Source of the DNA: Amoebophrya sp. A120
Taxonomy: Eukaryota; Protista; Dinoflagellata
Length of the DNA stretch: 64,000 bases
Direction of reading: 5' to 3'
Assembly: GCA_905178155.1 (NCBI GenBank)
Contig: CAJINV010000001.1
Span: forward strand, 1,474,225 to 1,538,224
In this document: positions 12,401 to 24,000 of the stretch, piece after piece
How positions within the stretch are numbered: position 1 is the first letter of the stretch
Layout of the letters: each line of letters begins with the position of its first letter
The notes under the pieces: generated by a model
What the model saw: only the letters and a program-made list of their open reading frames with translations
Databases searched by the model: none
What the model was told of the DNA's origin: nothing
Position numbers and translations under genes: made by a program

Positions 12401-15400
12401 CTCGCTCAACGGCAACAAGCACCCTACGAACCGCCAACAGTTAATGCGCCTGGAGCTGCAACAGCGTAATACATTTGTCACCACGCACGACACCTGTGTG
12501 GCGGAGTTGCTGATGCAGCTAACGCTTTCTCTACTGCACGACAATGAATTTGCGTCCCTCGTGCTGGACTTCCTCGCCGTCGTCCAGCACATGTCCACGT
12601 TGCTCTACGGCGTGTGCATGCACCTTCGCGACCAGAAGCTCGGCGGCGGTAATATGCGCAGGAAAAAGCGGATGCCGCCATGGGAAATGCTGAAGCACCA
12701 TCACGCCCTGTTGGCGAAAGCGGCAAGATTGATTCCGGGCACGACAACGACTACAACCAGTGCTGCTGGGGCAATAAATCAAGAGCAGACCACAGGAACA
12801 GCACCACTGCAAAAAACAGAGAAGAAAGTACAAGTTGAGCAGGAACAAGCGGGAGGACAAAACAACGATTACAGTACCGTGAAAAGAATCAGCAGCTCAA
12901 AGGGCAGCAGCACCGCCGTCCTCGCGCAGGACGAAGACCAAGGAGCGGGAAGTAGATCACTTTTGAACAAAGACGCGGAAGTTGAAAACAACAAGAAGCC
13001 CAAAACCAATGCTGCGTGGAGTGCGCTGACCGAGGTGGCGATGCAACTCGGGGGGGAATCCTGCCAACTCACCCGGTTGCTGGAAACACTGTGCTTTCAT
13101 CTCCTCTGCGAACGCACCCAGGAGCGCGGGCACGTGGATGCGCTAGAGAACCATGCGACCGCAGGTGCCGACGACGTTCTGCTCCTGGTGGAGCAAAATA
13201 GTAGTAGCACACTGAATGTCAACAACCCGTCCTCGTCCAACTCCAGGCGGACGTTGAAAGGGAACGGAAAGCAGCACGGACGTGGTCAACACGGCAAAGA
13301 CAACTACCTGTTGAAACAACACGAAGTGCTGACCCCCGCTTCAACATCAATATCGCAGAAGGAGGTGGTGAATATCTACTTGCACCACCAGCGGGCCCTG
13401 CGAATCTTGGAAGAAGTGCCCGGGTTCGCGCCGGTGGCCTTGCTTCCCCACGTGATTGCGCTCTTTTTCACCAAACCAGTCCCGCTGAAAGGGGTCTTGA
13501 CCGAGCAATCGGTTTTAGCTTTTCAGTCCGTGCAGCAGCGCCACAACGTGCCCAGGTTCTGCATCACCGCACTGCAGGACATGCTGGTGGACGCCGCCCG
13601 CAGCGAGACCTGGATGACGGAGTACCACGCCAGTGCCACGCTGTGCTTGCCGAAGCTGATCCTGAACGTGAGCGTGTGGTTTCTGCACCGCGACCTCGTT
13701 TTCCGCATTCTCACCACTTCCGGCGTCGCTGAGAACCCAAAGCGCCGCCGCTTCCCGGTCATGCTCGCCCGCTTGTGCTGCCGGGTCATCGATTTTCTGT
13801 CCGACGAGGTGCAGTTACTGGCTAGTAGTACGACTAGTACCTCCGCAACAGGAACTGCTGGTGCGGAGAAAGTAGACAAGGAAGATCTAGAACTTCATGC
13901 GGATGATGAACCACAAGCGGCCCTCGAAGATGAAGCAGAGGAAGTGTCCCCGGTGTCCGGCTCGGAGTTGATCTTTTCCGCATTGTATCAAATGCAAATA
14001 TGTCTGGGTCTGGAAGGTTGGAACTTGTCATGCTAAATCTGAATCATGCAAAAATCTGCGTTGCATGATTACCATCGAAAGGCTCCCTTCCGTACGGAGC
14101 GCCCCGAACCCGTTTTAGCGCACCTTTATGATAGCCTCGCTGTTATGAGAAGTTAGATCAGTTTGTAGAACCCAGTCGGTTTATGCTAGCAGATGGCTAG
14201 TGCGCTGTGAACCCCCAGGACCAGGTTGACTCAGTCCCGACCGAAGTGGTGGGCGCTAGGGTGAACTATGTATGTAGCGCTTAGGGCCCTTCCGTGCGGC
14301 CATATGTATGTCCCGCAACGGGGTTCGTCTATGTCGGTCATTTATATGCAAGGCGATGGGTTACCCGGTCGGCAGAGCCGATCCACACGAACGAGCGATG
14401 ATTTTTACCAAATGCTATCCACTTTTGATCAAGTTGAGAGGCAGTTTCTCATGCAGGATAGGCATGATAGTGATCTCACGGAATCTGTCATGCTAGGTCC
14501 TCCATTACAAATCATATGGGTCATCGAAAACCTGCATGACAAGTCGAGCAAAGTCCCAGACCCAGACATGTTTGCGTTTGATACACTGAAGCAGGACTTT
14601 CGGAAGTTGCTCCACCTTGTCCGGGAACAAATCACGGAAACCGCGGACCGCGGGGGCATTATTGCGTTGGGGGATATTGCGGATCACCTGCGCAAAGCCG
14701 GACCGGCGGTGCTCGCCGCGACCGTTGGAGGGAAAGAGGACCGAGGTGCGTTTTTCATGCCGGATGTAGAAATGGAGCCGCGTGCAGGAAGAGGAGGAGT
14801 TTCAGAGCATGCAGTTTCCCCTGCTGAAAACATCGACGCACATCAAGATCGTGAACTACAACAACCCGAAGTAGACGAAGACTGGCGGTTGGCCGCGGTG
14901 CGATTAGTTTTTGAATTCAGCGAAAAGATGCAGGCTGGACAACTCGAGTTGTCTCCAGAGGATAATCTTCCCCGTGCTGCCGTCGGGGATAGCAAAGATA
15001 AAGACGCAGGCATCCTCTGTAAAAACCTCGTCCCCACCTCATAGGAAGGACAGAAAATGCTTGCATATAAATCTGTGTAGTGTGAAGGTGAACTAGAAGC
15101 ATTTTTGCCTGACCCTGACTATCCGCGCATCACAAATTATTTCCAAGCACGACTAGAACATGGATCGCATGGGAAAAAGTCGCAAGACAGAAAGTTTCTG
15201 CGAGCAGATTTCATTCAGAAATATAGAATAACATCACATACGGAGTGGAGACGTCGTTTTTGCACAGGATTTTTGTAGCAGGACCAAAACTGGACCACGT
15301 GATCGTTGTGCGGTGCCTTGGTTACCTGGGCTGCATCCTTCCCAAATGCGAACAGGCGGCGGCCTTGCTGGAGAAGATCCAGGAGGACTTCGTCGAACGG

Positions 15401-16834
15401 ATTGCGGCGGCGCAAATCGAGTTGACCAGGGACTACAAAAAGGAGCTAGAGTATGGATGTGTAGTCAGGACCGAAATCGAAAAACTTGTGATGCATGAAA
15501 TGTAGGGCAGTGAAGGCCTGTATTGGGGAGCAGGCAAATGAGACCGATTGTAAGCGTGATTAGGGGTATGCAATGTGCTGCCAGAGTAGAATGACAGGAG
15601 CAGTCTTCTTTGCCCAAAGAGCATGACAGACTGAATCTGGGTGCTCCCGAAATTTGTCATGCGCCACTTGGAAACTGAGGCTCCAACTGGCATCCGATTT
15701 TTTGCATCACAAACTATTTCAACTTTGACGATTTCAATCCTGACGCTTCCATATAGAGCGGGAGAAAAAAGAGATGGACAGCCTGGGACTACTAGGCAGT
15801 GGCGCAGGTGCCGAGGGATTGATCGGTGGAACTTATGGAACTACCAGTACTACAGATACAAAAGTAGTAGAACGAGAGAAGGATGCTCCTGGTCCTGCCA
15901 CGGAGGTGGAGCCAAGATCGTCCGCTTCGATAGCAGCATCTTCATCATCATCCGCCTCGTCTTCCAGCAGCGCAACCTCCGACGATCGAAACACAATGTC
16001 TTTGAAGTTGAAATTGATCCAACCACCCCCGGGACTGCTAGAGGAGTACGAGGAAGAACTGCAAAAAGGTACTAATATTAAGTCTGACACCAAAGCCGGC
16101 ACGACCGAAGACGAAGAGCCGAACAAGCCTTTCGGGAAGACCACGACAAGCAAGTCGAAATCTATTCTGAACCCGGAAGAAGAACAATTAAAACCGCCCA
16201 CCGAGCAGATACCCAAGGTGGTGAAGCAAGCCCTGGAATGGGGTCCGAGCAGCGCGGAGACCCAGGCTGAACTGGTGCGGAAGTCGAAGCAGCGATCCGC
16301 TGCGAACTTTCTGAACAAGGGGAAAAACAAAGAAGTCTTTAAAATCCTGTGGAACACTTTGGGAGCGCTGGGGCATTTGCTCTCTTTCGGCGACCTGAGG
16401 TTCACGGATAACACGATCGAGTGTCTCTCCAACGTGGCTGTGGAGGTTCCGCACGAAAAGGTGCAATTGATTGCGCAGCGGGGTTTGGCCAGGGGAATGC
16501 TCCGCGACATTTACTCCCGACACATACTATCAAATGTAAAAATGTCTGGGTCTGGAAGAATGCATGTTTGTCATGCTTGTCTGGCATGACTCTTAAATCT
16601 GTCATGCACGTTGCCAAAGAGCCGCATTTTTCTGTCATGCGGAGACGCAATTTGTCATGCAGAATAGGCAACGCCTACAAGCTCAGAAGTTTGTCATGCT
16701 GAGCCAGCACTTGTGGCCTTCTCATGCTACGCCACTCAGCATCACAAGTTTCCAGACCCAGACATTTTTACTTTTGATACATACCAGGCTACAAGCAAAC
16801 CTCGCGGCATCTGCAGTTGCCGGCTGCTGCGTAA
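3435..16834 (+). CDS. Large multi-exon HEATR6/DUF4042-like HEAT-repeat protein with a long low-complexity N-terminus (could be two genes split near 10.3 kb)
   Basis: ORF pieces 3435, 4694, 6248, 6550, 6957/7188, 8930, 9851, 10375, 10867, 11940, 14589, 15283, 15759 and 16785 join in frame after removing the elements and the GT-AG intron 11611-11939. Motifs RVRVKALQVL..KVFFGRWSLVL, ALFDEVPYCRQVAL, SSFGS..QLALDVRLAH..MPYTKFRAGLL and KILWNTLGALGHLL resemble HEATR6. The junction at 10300-10368 needs an AAG acceptor and is uncertain. Confidence 0.6.
4549..4869. mobile_element. Introner family C (forward)
   Basis: TIR tatcaaaaggacaaatcccccctcccc / ggggaggggggatctttccttgcaata; DR ttccg/tttcg; removal gives NS|GAG in frame. 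Confidence 0.85.
5978..6242. mobile_element. Introner family A (forward)
   Basis: TIR core aaaaatgtctgggtctg / cagacccagacattttt; DR cgagt; frame restored. Confidence 0.9.
6296..6544. mobile_element. Introner family A (reverse orientation)
   Basis: Same TIRs, with the interior approximately the reverse complement of the 5978 copy; DR gcgag; frame restored. Confidence 0.9.
6673..6951. mobile_element. Introner family B (forward)
   Basis: TIR ctgagtaaaaacgtcccc / ggggacgtttttactcag; DR acgag/acgcg; frame restored. Confidence 0.88.
8713..8924. mobile_element. Introner family D
   Basis: TIR tatgcaagaaaaaaactgtgtaagtgtaa / ttacacttacacactttttttcctggata; DR actga; frame restored. Confidence 0.9.
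9110..9847 (+). mobile_element. 738-bp repeated intronic element (family H), GT...TG ends
   Basis: Near-identical copy at 61801-62530; sub-terminal IR gtagtgaggtc/gacctcactac; junction repeat tggta; removal joins SGSG|TSAV in frame. Confidence 0.8.
10026..10287. mobile_element. Introner family A (forward)
   Basis: Family A TIRs; DR gagcc. Confidence 0.92.
10702..10963. mobile_element. Introner family A (forward)
   Basis: Family A TIRs; DR ttggg/ttggt; DFG|ESAL in frame. Confidence 0.92.
13986..14583. mobile_element. Introner family A with a nested ~330-bp insertion (14075-14404)
   Basis: Family A TIRs; DR cattg/cactg; the internal insert is flanked by ttacca duplicates. Confidence 0.85.
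15011..15277. mobile_element. Degenerate introner family B (reverse), now also readable as GC-AG intron 15010-15281
   Basis: Decayed TIR tgtaaaaacctcgtccccac / gtggagacgtcgtttttgca; DR gcagg; DAG|PKL in frame. Confidence 0.8.
15452..15753. mobile_element. Introner family F
   Basis: Similar to the 20784 copy; ends atttcaatcctgacgcttccata; DR tagag; frame restored. Confidence 0.88.
16528..16779. mobile_element. Introner family A (divergent interior)
   Basis: Family A TIRs; DR catac. Confidence 0.9.
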
Positions 16835-16854
16835 GTTTGTTAATAGGCCTCCCC

Positions 16855-17133
16855 TATCCTGAGTAAAAACGTCCCCACCCCACAGTTGTCATGCAGATTT
16901 GCAGTCACAGGAAAATTTGTAATGCGCATCCAGATGAGAGGCATTTCCAATCGTGTTTTGGACTCTGTCATGCTGTAAACACGATGAGAAAGTAGCTTTC
17001 TCATGCGGCAGCCCTTGCTCACCAGCACTACCCTGCAGGTGGAAGCTTGTCATGCACAACTCCCAAAGCTTGGAAATTTGTGTTGCAGATTTACCAACTT
17101 GACTCTGGTATGGGGACGTTTTTACACAGAACA
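16855..17133. mobile_element. Introner family B (forward), just 3' of the predicted stop
   Basis: Family B TIRs; flanking ctcccc repeats with a small offset. Confidence 0.82.
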
Positions 17134-18939
17134 GCTCCCCCGCTTGATAAGTAGATATTTTGCAGACGAGTCGCAATATGTCGTGTCTACCAGTAACAAA
17201 TAGAAATACTACCCCTATACCCAATGCCTAGAATCTTCACCATGCAATTAATACCTGTGCTTGATGAATGAACGAAGGTAAGTAGAGAAACTAAGAGCAA
17301 GAGAACCAGAACGTATGAACTTGTTAGAAAGTCTCTCTAGGAATACGAATACCGTATTAAACGTGAAGCCAGAACCTTCTCCAGTTGAATACACAGTTTC
17401 TACCGCCGTCGCACTTGCGATAGATTATTGCTGAAGCTCTCATCAACGGGAACGGCTCGGTCTCGGATTACTAATAGGTATTCTATATAGTTGTGAAGAG
17501 ACCTGCAGCACACGGTCATATGCATATCTCATTAATTTTCAGCAGAACTAGTACCAGGAGATGTGCTCCGTGTGGCCGCGGGCGAACCACGCTAATGGAA
17601 CAACATTGATCATACACCCGCAAGATGAAGATGAACGCAACACGACTCTGTAATTACGCCCTGCCCCTACAACTGCATCTTTTTGATGGCGCTTCTTCGC
17701 AGGCCGACCGGACCCAATCTTGCATCTTTTTTTAGAAGTAAAGAAAAGCACCCGTCAAATTAATTGTTGATAAAAAGATGAACAAAAAAGTAAGAAAAAG
17801 AATGAGGTACAAAGAATTCCGAAAATAATGTTTTAAGACGACCGACCCAAATAATATATGCAGTTCGTTGTAGCAGTAGCAGTTCTTTCGTATGCGCACT
17901 CCTAGACCTCCTAGCAGCTGCAGATTAGTAGATCGGCTCCCTCCTGTTTCATCCCTTTTCGTAGGTGAAGCAAGGGGTCACCAGGGCCATTGGGGGCCCA
18001 GAAGATAATGATTGATGCGTCTTTTCCTAGATTGATAGAAGGCACGAAAAAGTCTGCAACTTTTTGATGCTGTAAAAAATCAGTTGGACGGAAAAACAAG
18101 GAGTGTAGTCGAAGGGCGAACCGCCGAGATGAAAAAACACAGCACTTTAGCTATTACTACACGATGAACGCATGATATGCATGACAGAAAAAAAGGTATT
18201 TGCACGCCTGAGTACTTCGTTCTCTTTGATTACGGCCTTCCATTTCATATCGGCAGAAACCAACTTTTCTGAAAGGATTTTTACAATGATAGTACCGTGA
18301 CCGAATCACAAAACCAATGTGGCTCACAGTCGACGAGGACCAGCGAGCTTTCCTCGTCCATTTGGTCTAGCTTCTCGCAAAATCGAAATCCGAAACTGTG
18401 TTCATCCGCGATAAAGACCTTCGGAAGGTCCTATCAATTTATCAGAATGCAACAACGAATCGAATGAGGTGGTGGATCAGAGTCAGGTATTCTAATCGGT
18501 ACGACATACATGTACATCAAGCTGTGTTGAGGTCAGTTGACAAATTTCGATTTCGCTCGTCGGTGAGTCCTCGATCAATATTATGCAAGAATTGAACAAA
18601 AGAAATCGGATCCGCATGTGGTTTTCCCAACGGCAGATTGGAACAATGGTAAGTACCAGTAGAAGGAAGTTAGCTAGGTAGTTGAAATACAAATTCGCAC
18701 TCAGAAGTTGTACACGATCACAGTCGCAATTTTGTAGTTGAGATTGAATCTCCATTCGCTTGCCAGGACGACCTCGAACATCTAAACAAACACCGATATC
18801 TATGACGGCAGCAACGTGCCCAACGCCCAACTTACCCATGGGGGATCAAAAAAAAAATTTCGGTGTGTCTTAGATATATGATATAGATATTTCTATAAGA
18901 TAGGCAGTTGAACTAGTTATATAATTTAAGTAGCTAGAA

Positions 18940-19715
18940 AAGGCGTTTTTTAAGGGTTTCAGGACGCTACTCCGCCGATATTCAGCTCCACGGATTCGCC
19001 TCGGTTGTCTCCACGCCGGGGCGCCGGGATACTGCACACGAAGGCGTGGCGTAGATAGGGCACGAAGCTTCGCAGGGGCAAGCCCTTTTCTGTGTTTTGT
19101 TTGTGCCTTGCGGCCGCTTTCCGCCGAGCTTGGGAGCCATTTTGTGAGGCTATCCAAAGCGCCCCGGCTTCGTTGTGTTCCTACCTGGGCAGATTGACTT
19201 CACACAGGACAACACGAGAGTCCGGGATCCCCGTCCGCGATGCCCCTCCGAGATGCCCCCTTTTTGGCAAGGGACAAAACGACCACAGCGTCGGGGCTAG
19301 GGGTAAAAATATGCCCTGCGGGAGGCCCTGTGTGGACCCCCTCCCGCGGACCCCCCCTCGCGCCCCCGCCTCTCGCCTGCGGCCCTGCAGGCCGCGGCCT
19401 GCGGACCATGTTGCACTTGGCTTGCGGGTGCTTTTTGGCGAACCCCCCCTGGCAGCAGATGGCACGCTGCTCAGCCTTTTCTCATAAGCAGGGCGCGCGG
19501 CTTTGCGTGTCTACCGTGCCGGCTTGCCGTCAGCCATCCCCTGGATGCGGCTAGCTGCGCCAAACCTTCCACAGGCCACGCACAATGGAAAGCGCGGGCA
19601 GTAGACAGACGCTACGCCATGGGGCTCTTCCTCGGTTTTTTGCTAGGGTTCTGCGGCGAATCCGTGGAGCTGGATATCGGCGATGTAGCGTCCCGGAAGT
19701 TGTAAAAAACGCCTT
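18940..19715. mobile_element. MITE-like element with ~61-bp imperfect TIRs, inside a 39-bp direct-repeat pair (18762-18800 / 19793-19831)
   Basis: 18940-19000 (aaggcgttttt...gctccacggattcgcc) is nearly the reverse complement of 19655-19715; GC-rich non-coding interior. Confidence 0.75.
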
Positions 19716-20046
19716 ATATAGATAAGCTATTAACCTAGCTAAAAACAAATCACTTTTACTAGCTAGTCAATGTATTTGAGATTGAATTTCCAGCCAGGAC
19801 GACCTCGAACATCTAAACAAACACCGATATCATATGTAATCCCCTACATTTCGCTCATTCTCACCTCGAAGACTGATGGTGATAAGTTTGGCATGTCGCG
19901 TAGAGCTACTACTGGCAGATAAAGGCATTACCCGCTTCATTTGTGCTAGTGTGGTCTAGAATTTTGCGGACGCGAGTATCCATTTGTTGTCAAGTGGAAT
20001 ATTTTTCTCTTTGTCTGTTCTGAAAAGAAAGAGAAGCAAACGCAAG

Positions 20047-23000
20047 ATGGCAGACATGTCTCAGGGTGCTGTTGGGGGAGGTGGTGCGGCTGGTGCGATC
20101 CGTCGACTGAATCGCGAATTGAAAGAAATCAATCAGAACCCATCAAAGGTACTTAATGTGAATTTAGTATAGTATCTATGTACTTCCTCGTGCTTTAATA
20201 TTCTCAGTGCAGTGTTTGTTTTCTATTGATTTCTTTTCCTGTGATGTCTGTCACACCGTTGCCTTGTCTTTGTCATGCGAATTGACGTATACGAAGCCGG
20301 TTACCAAAAACAAAAAAACAGTTCTGGACGGCCGAACCTGCAAATGACGATTTGTTCGAGTGGCATTTTACGCTCAAGGGTCCTGCAGGTACTTACCTGT
20401 TGATTTGGATTTTTCTACTGTTTTTTTGTGAAAGGAAAAGAAAGCTACTTGTGAATTTCTTCTCGACGAGTTGCGTAAGCGTAGTTCGCTCCGGCTGCGG
20501 AGGTGTGATGTACTTGAACTTGTATTTTTGCTTGGATTTTGCATGATCGCAATATTTCTTGATTTGAAACGAAACCGAGGCTGCTGAAATGGTAATCGAG
20601 CATTAATTTTCGCTTTACTCTACAGGCAGCGACTTTGAGAAGGGAATCTACCACGGCAGGATAGTGCTCCCACTGAACTACCCCTTCGCGCCCCCAGCGA
20701 TCTACCTTTTGACCCCGAATGGGCGGTTTCAGACGAACAAGAAGATTTGCCTCTCCATCTCCAATTACCATCCGGAGCTGTGGTATGGAAGCGTCAGGTT
20801 TGAAATAGACAAAGTTGAAATGATTTGTCATGCATAAAATGCAAGGCATAAAGTGCCTGTCTTGCCGGGATGGCAAGTGAGGCCGATCGTCAGCCTGTTT
20901 AGGGTTTGAAATAGAGCTGCTAAAGTGGCATGACCAGAGCAGTCGTCTGTGCCCAAATAGCATGACAAATCGGATTCCAGTGCTCGGAAAATTTGCCATG
21001 CACCGCTTAGAAATAGGGCTTCCAACTGTTATCGATTTTATGCATCGCAAATTATTTCAACTTTGACGATTTCAATCCTGACGCTTCCATATGTGGCAAC
21101 CCGCCTGGGGCCTGCGCACCATGATTGAAGCACTGCGGAGCTTTTTTCCCAGTCCGCCGGACGGCGCACTTGGTATCGTAGTAATTTTGTCGTGCTAAGT
21201 GTTCATATTTGATGTGGAGGTCGTGGAGTGACAGTTACTTACACATGATCTCCAGTTCAGAACGAACAATTCGAATTTGCATGGACGTTGGCCGCGACCA
21301 ATAAAAGCAAAACTACAATTCCAAGCCACTCACAGCACGTCTTACACTACAACTACAATACAGGTTATCAAAAGAAAAAAGTTCGTCATGATCACTCATG
21401 GGCATTTTTGCAATACAAGAAATGCTTGTCATGCGTAAAAGTGCATCACAGTTAAACTTCATACGGGATTTCCCTTAGTGTTTCTGCAATACAAGGAAAA
21501 GCTGCGATGCTAAAAAAATTTGTAATGCAAAGCCTCCAAGTTAGTGACTATGACAAACTTTTTTCTCTCCATACAGGTGCTTTAAACTACCCGTCCGAGA
21601 CTCGACGCAGAATCGCGGAGAAGGAGACCCGGCAGTGGCGCTGCGAGGTGTGTTATCGCAAGAAAAAACTGTTTCACTGTGAACTTGTGATGCAGAAAAC
21701 GAAACACCAAAGTGTTTGTCTTGCTACACCTGCAAGACGTTGGATTGTCAAGCGTGTTTTCCCTTGGGAAGCGCGCATGGAAAATTTTCTGTGTCATGTG
21801 TAACAAACTTGTGATGCAAAACTTGCAAAATCATCACAGTGAAACAGTTTTTTCGTGGGATATGTGTGAGAAGACAAACGAGGAACTTCTGCCACTTTGC
21901 GACGAAGTGGAGGAGGAGCCAGTAGTGGCCGCATCAAGTAGCTCCTCTACTTCTGCTTCGAGCCCGGAAAAAAAGGACGAGAAGGTGGAATCGAAGCCTG
22001 CTGCGGAGAAGGATAAGGAAACTGTGAACAAGGCAGAGGGGCGGGACGAAGAGGACAACAAGAAACCTGAAGGCGAAAAGCCAACAAGCGGCATACCAGC
22101 TGACGGCAGTAAAAAGCCAGCAGCTCCTCCCGCCGCCGCGACGACCGCAACTGACCAATCTACAACAGGCAGTTCGGAAGAGGCAGACGAGGCGACGAAA
22201 ACGTCAACATCGAATGCGAAAACTGCGGCATCAAATCTGGTGCATCCCAAAGCGACACCGACAGCAGCTACTACAACAGCCGCAAATACAACTGGACAGA
22301 ATAAAGCCCCAGAGCCCGATACGGACGACGAATTTGTTAGTCCTGCCGACGACAACCGAAATTCGCCGTACGGGGTGCAGTCCTCTCCCTTCGGCCCCTC
22401 GGTGTTTCCCGACCGGAAAGAGCTGAAGCAAGCACCTACAAGTAGTCCGAAGGCCGCCCTCTCGGCTCCCTCAACGACCTCCGGAGAAGTAGTACCCCCG
22501 AACAAAAGCGGCGGAAAGGAACAACCACCTGCTGGGTCGACGGCCCCTCCAGCACCTTCTGCCAGTAGTGCGCCCGCAGCGGCGACGAGGTCTACTACTT
22601 TCACACCGGGTCTTCCTTCTTCTTTCGCGAAGTCAAAACCCCAAGAATCCAAGGCCGCGGCATCATCAGCAGGAGCTGCCCCAAAAGGTGCCGCAATTAC
22701 ATCTGCACCGAATTATAGTAGCTCTTCCTCGTCCTCCCAACTCGGAAATAAAAGTAACAAACCCACCCCCGCCAGCAGCACGACGACCACAGGAGCTGCA
22801 CCAGCTAGTACTTCTACTACACCAAAAGCGACAATCAAGAACCCGAAAGTGGGCATTTCCAAGAGCGGCCCACCACCCCTTTCCTCCAAATACATCCCCC
22901 CGACCGCGGCAGAATTGGCGAAAAGGCACGGAGTCTCGGAAGAGAAGGCGGCGAAGGTCAAGATGCCAACGGAGGAGGAAATCGAAGAGAAACTGAAGGA

Positions 23001-23214
23001 ATACCGGGACTTTATCAAGAGTCAGCGCGATGAGCAAACCGCGGAAGAGGAGAAAAAGAAGAAGCAGCCGGTGGCCGCGCAAAGGAACATTTTGAGGGAA
23101 CTCTTGCCCGACAAATCGCCCGTGTTGGTGTTGGACGGCATTATCTTGAGTGTGACGTGTTTGTTCGGGTATTTGGCTTACCACTACGTGTCCAATTTTC
23201 CGGGCGGGTACTGA
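20047..23214 (+). CDS. UBC6: Ubiquitin-conjugating enzyme E2, Ubc6/UBE2J family, tail-anchored
   Basis: Exons 20047-20148, 20322-20388, 20626-20783, 21097-21172, 21577-21653 and 21868-23214. Motifs RRLNRELKE, LFEWHFTLKGP, GIYHGRIVLPLNYPFAPP, TPNGRFQTNKKICLSISNYHPELWQPAW; C-terminal TM segment VLVLDGIILSVTCLFGYLAY. Confidence 0.92.
20784..21091. mobile_element. Introner family F
   Basis: TIR tatggaagcgtcagg / cctgacgcttccata; DR tgtgg; removal restores the conserved YHPELW|QPAW. Confidence 0.95.
21366..21573. mobile_element. Introner family G, inserted at a canonical acceptor
   Basis: IR agaaaaaagttcgtcat / atgacaaacttttttct; DR caggt. Confidence 0.8.
21654..21862. mobile_element. Introner family D-like
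   Basis: TIR gaaaaaactgtttcactgtga / tcacagtgaaacagttttttc; DR tgtgt; CEVC|EKT in frame. Confidence 0.9.
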
Positions 23215-24000
23215 GCTGATTGGAAAATTGATAGTTGCTGATGCAGAAGCGAAGAGCGGTCGTGACCCTGGAGAGCCGTGATGTGTACTTACTTCTAGGG
23301 GAAGCGTAAAAAATCCCGCTTTTGCGAGGATCACACTTCTTACAGGCATACGTAACTTGTCCGCCATGAATACTTTTGTATACTGTGAAATTTCGCATTC
23401 GCAAGACGACGACGACATTGTTTGATTGTAAATATTCACCCCACGACGACACCTACAGCCACACGACTTTTTGAAACCCCCATGTTTATGTACCTTCCAC
23501 CGAACCAAGTTCTTTTTGTGAGTCACAAAATCAGCTCCAAAAAACCCAAGGAAGTAGTTTTTGCGTAGAAGACCTCAACGAAGACGCGTAATTATATTCT
23601 GTTCAGCAGGACGCGATAGATGATGAACAACCAGCAGCAGAACGGACTTAACCGTGTTGAGCTTTTGCAGGGACCGTGCATAAAAGGTCTGTGCGCAAGC
23701 TGTTCACGCAAATACATGTACTTACATTCATGGAAATGGGTGGGAGAAACATGGGTGAGTGTGAGTGACTCGTTACCTGGCCCTTCATTTTGTTTCCACC
23801 AGCTGAGAATTAGAGCAAGCTAGAAGGTCGTTCTTACGGTCGCATGCGAGTGAGGCTTAAGGAGCGCAACTGAGGGAGTTCCGATATCGAATGAAAGTGA
23901 GAACAAGTAGATCTTCACACAAGGTGGTAATCATGAGCGTTGTGTGCTGTTGGTCGTTGTTCGAAACAAAGAGGGCAGAGTAAATCCATCACCAACCTAG

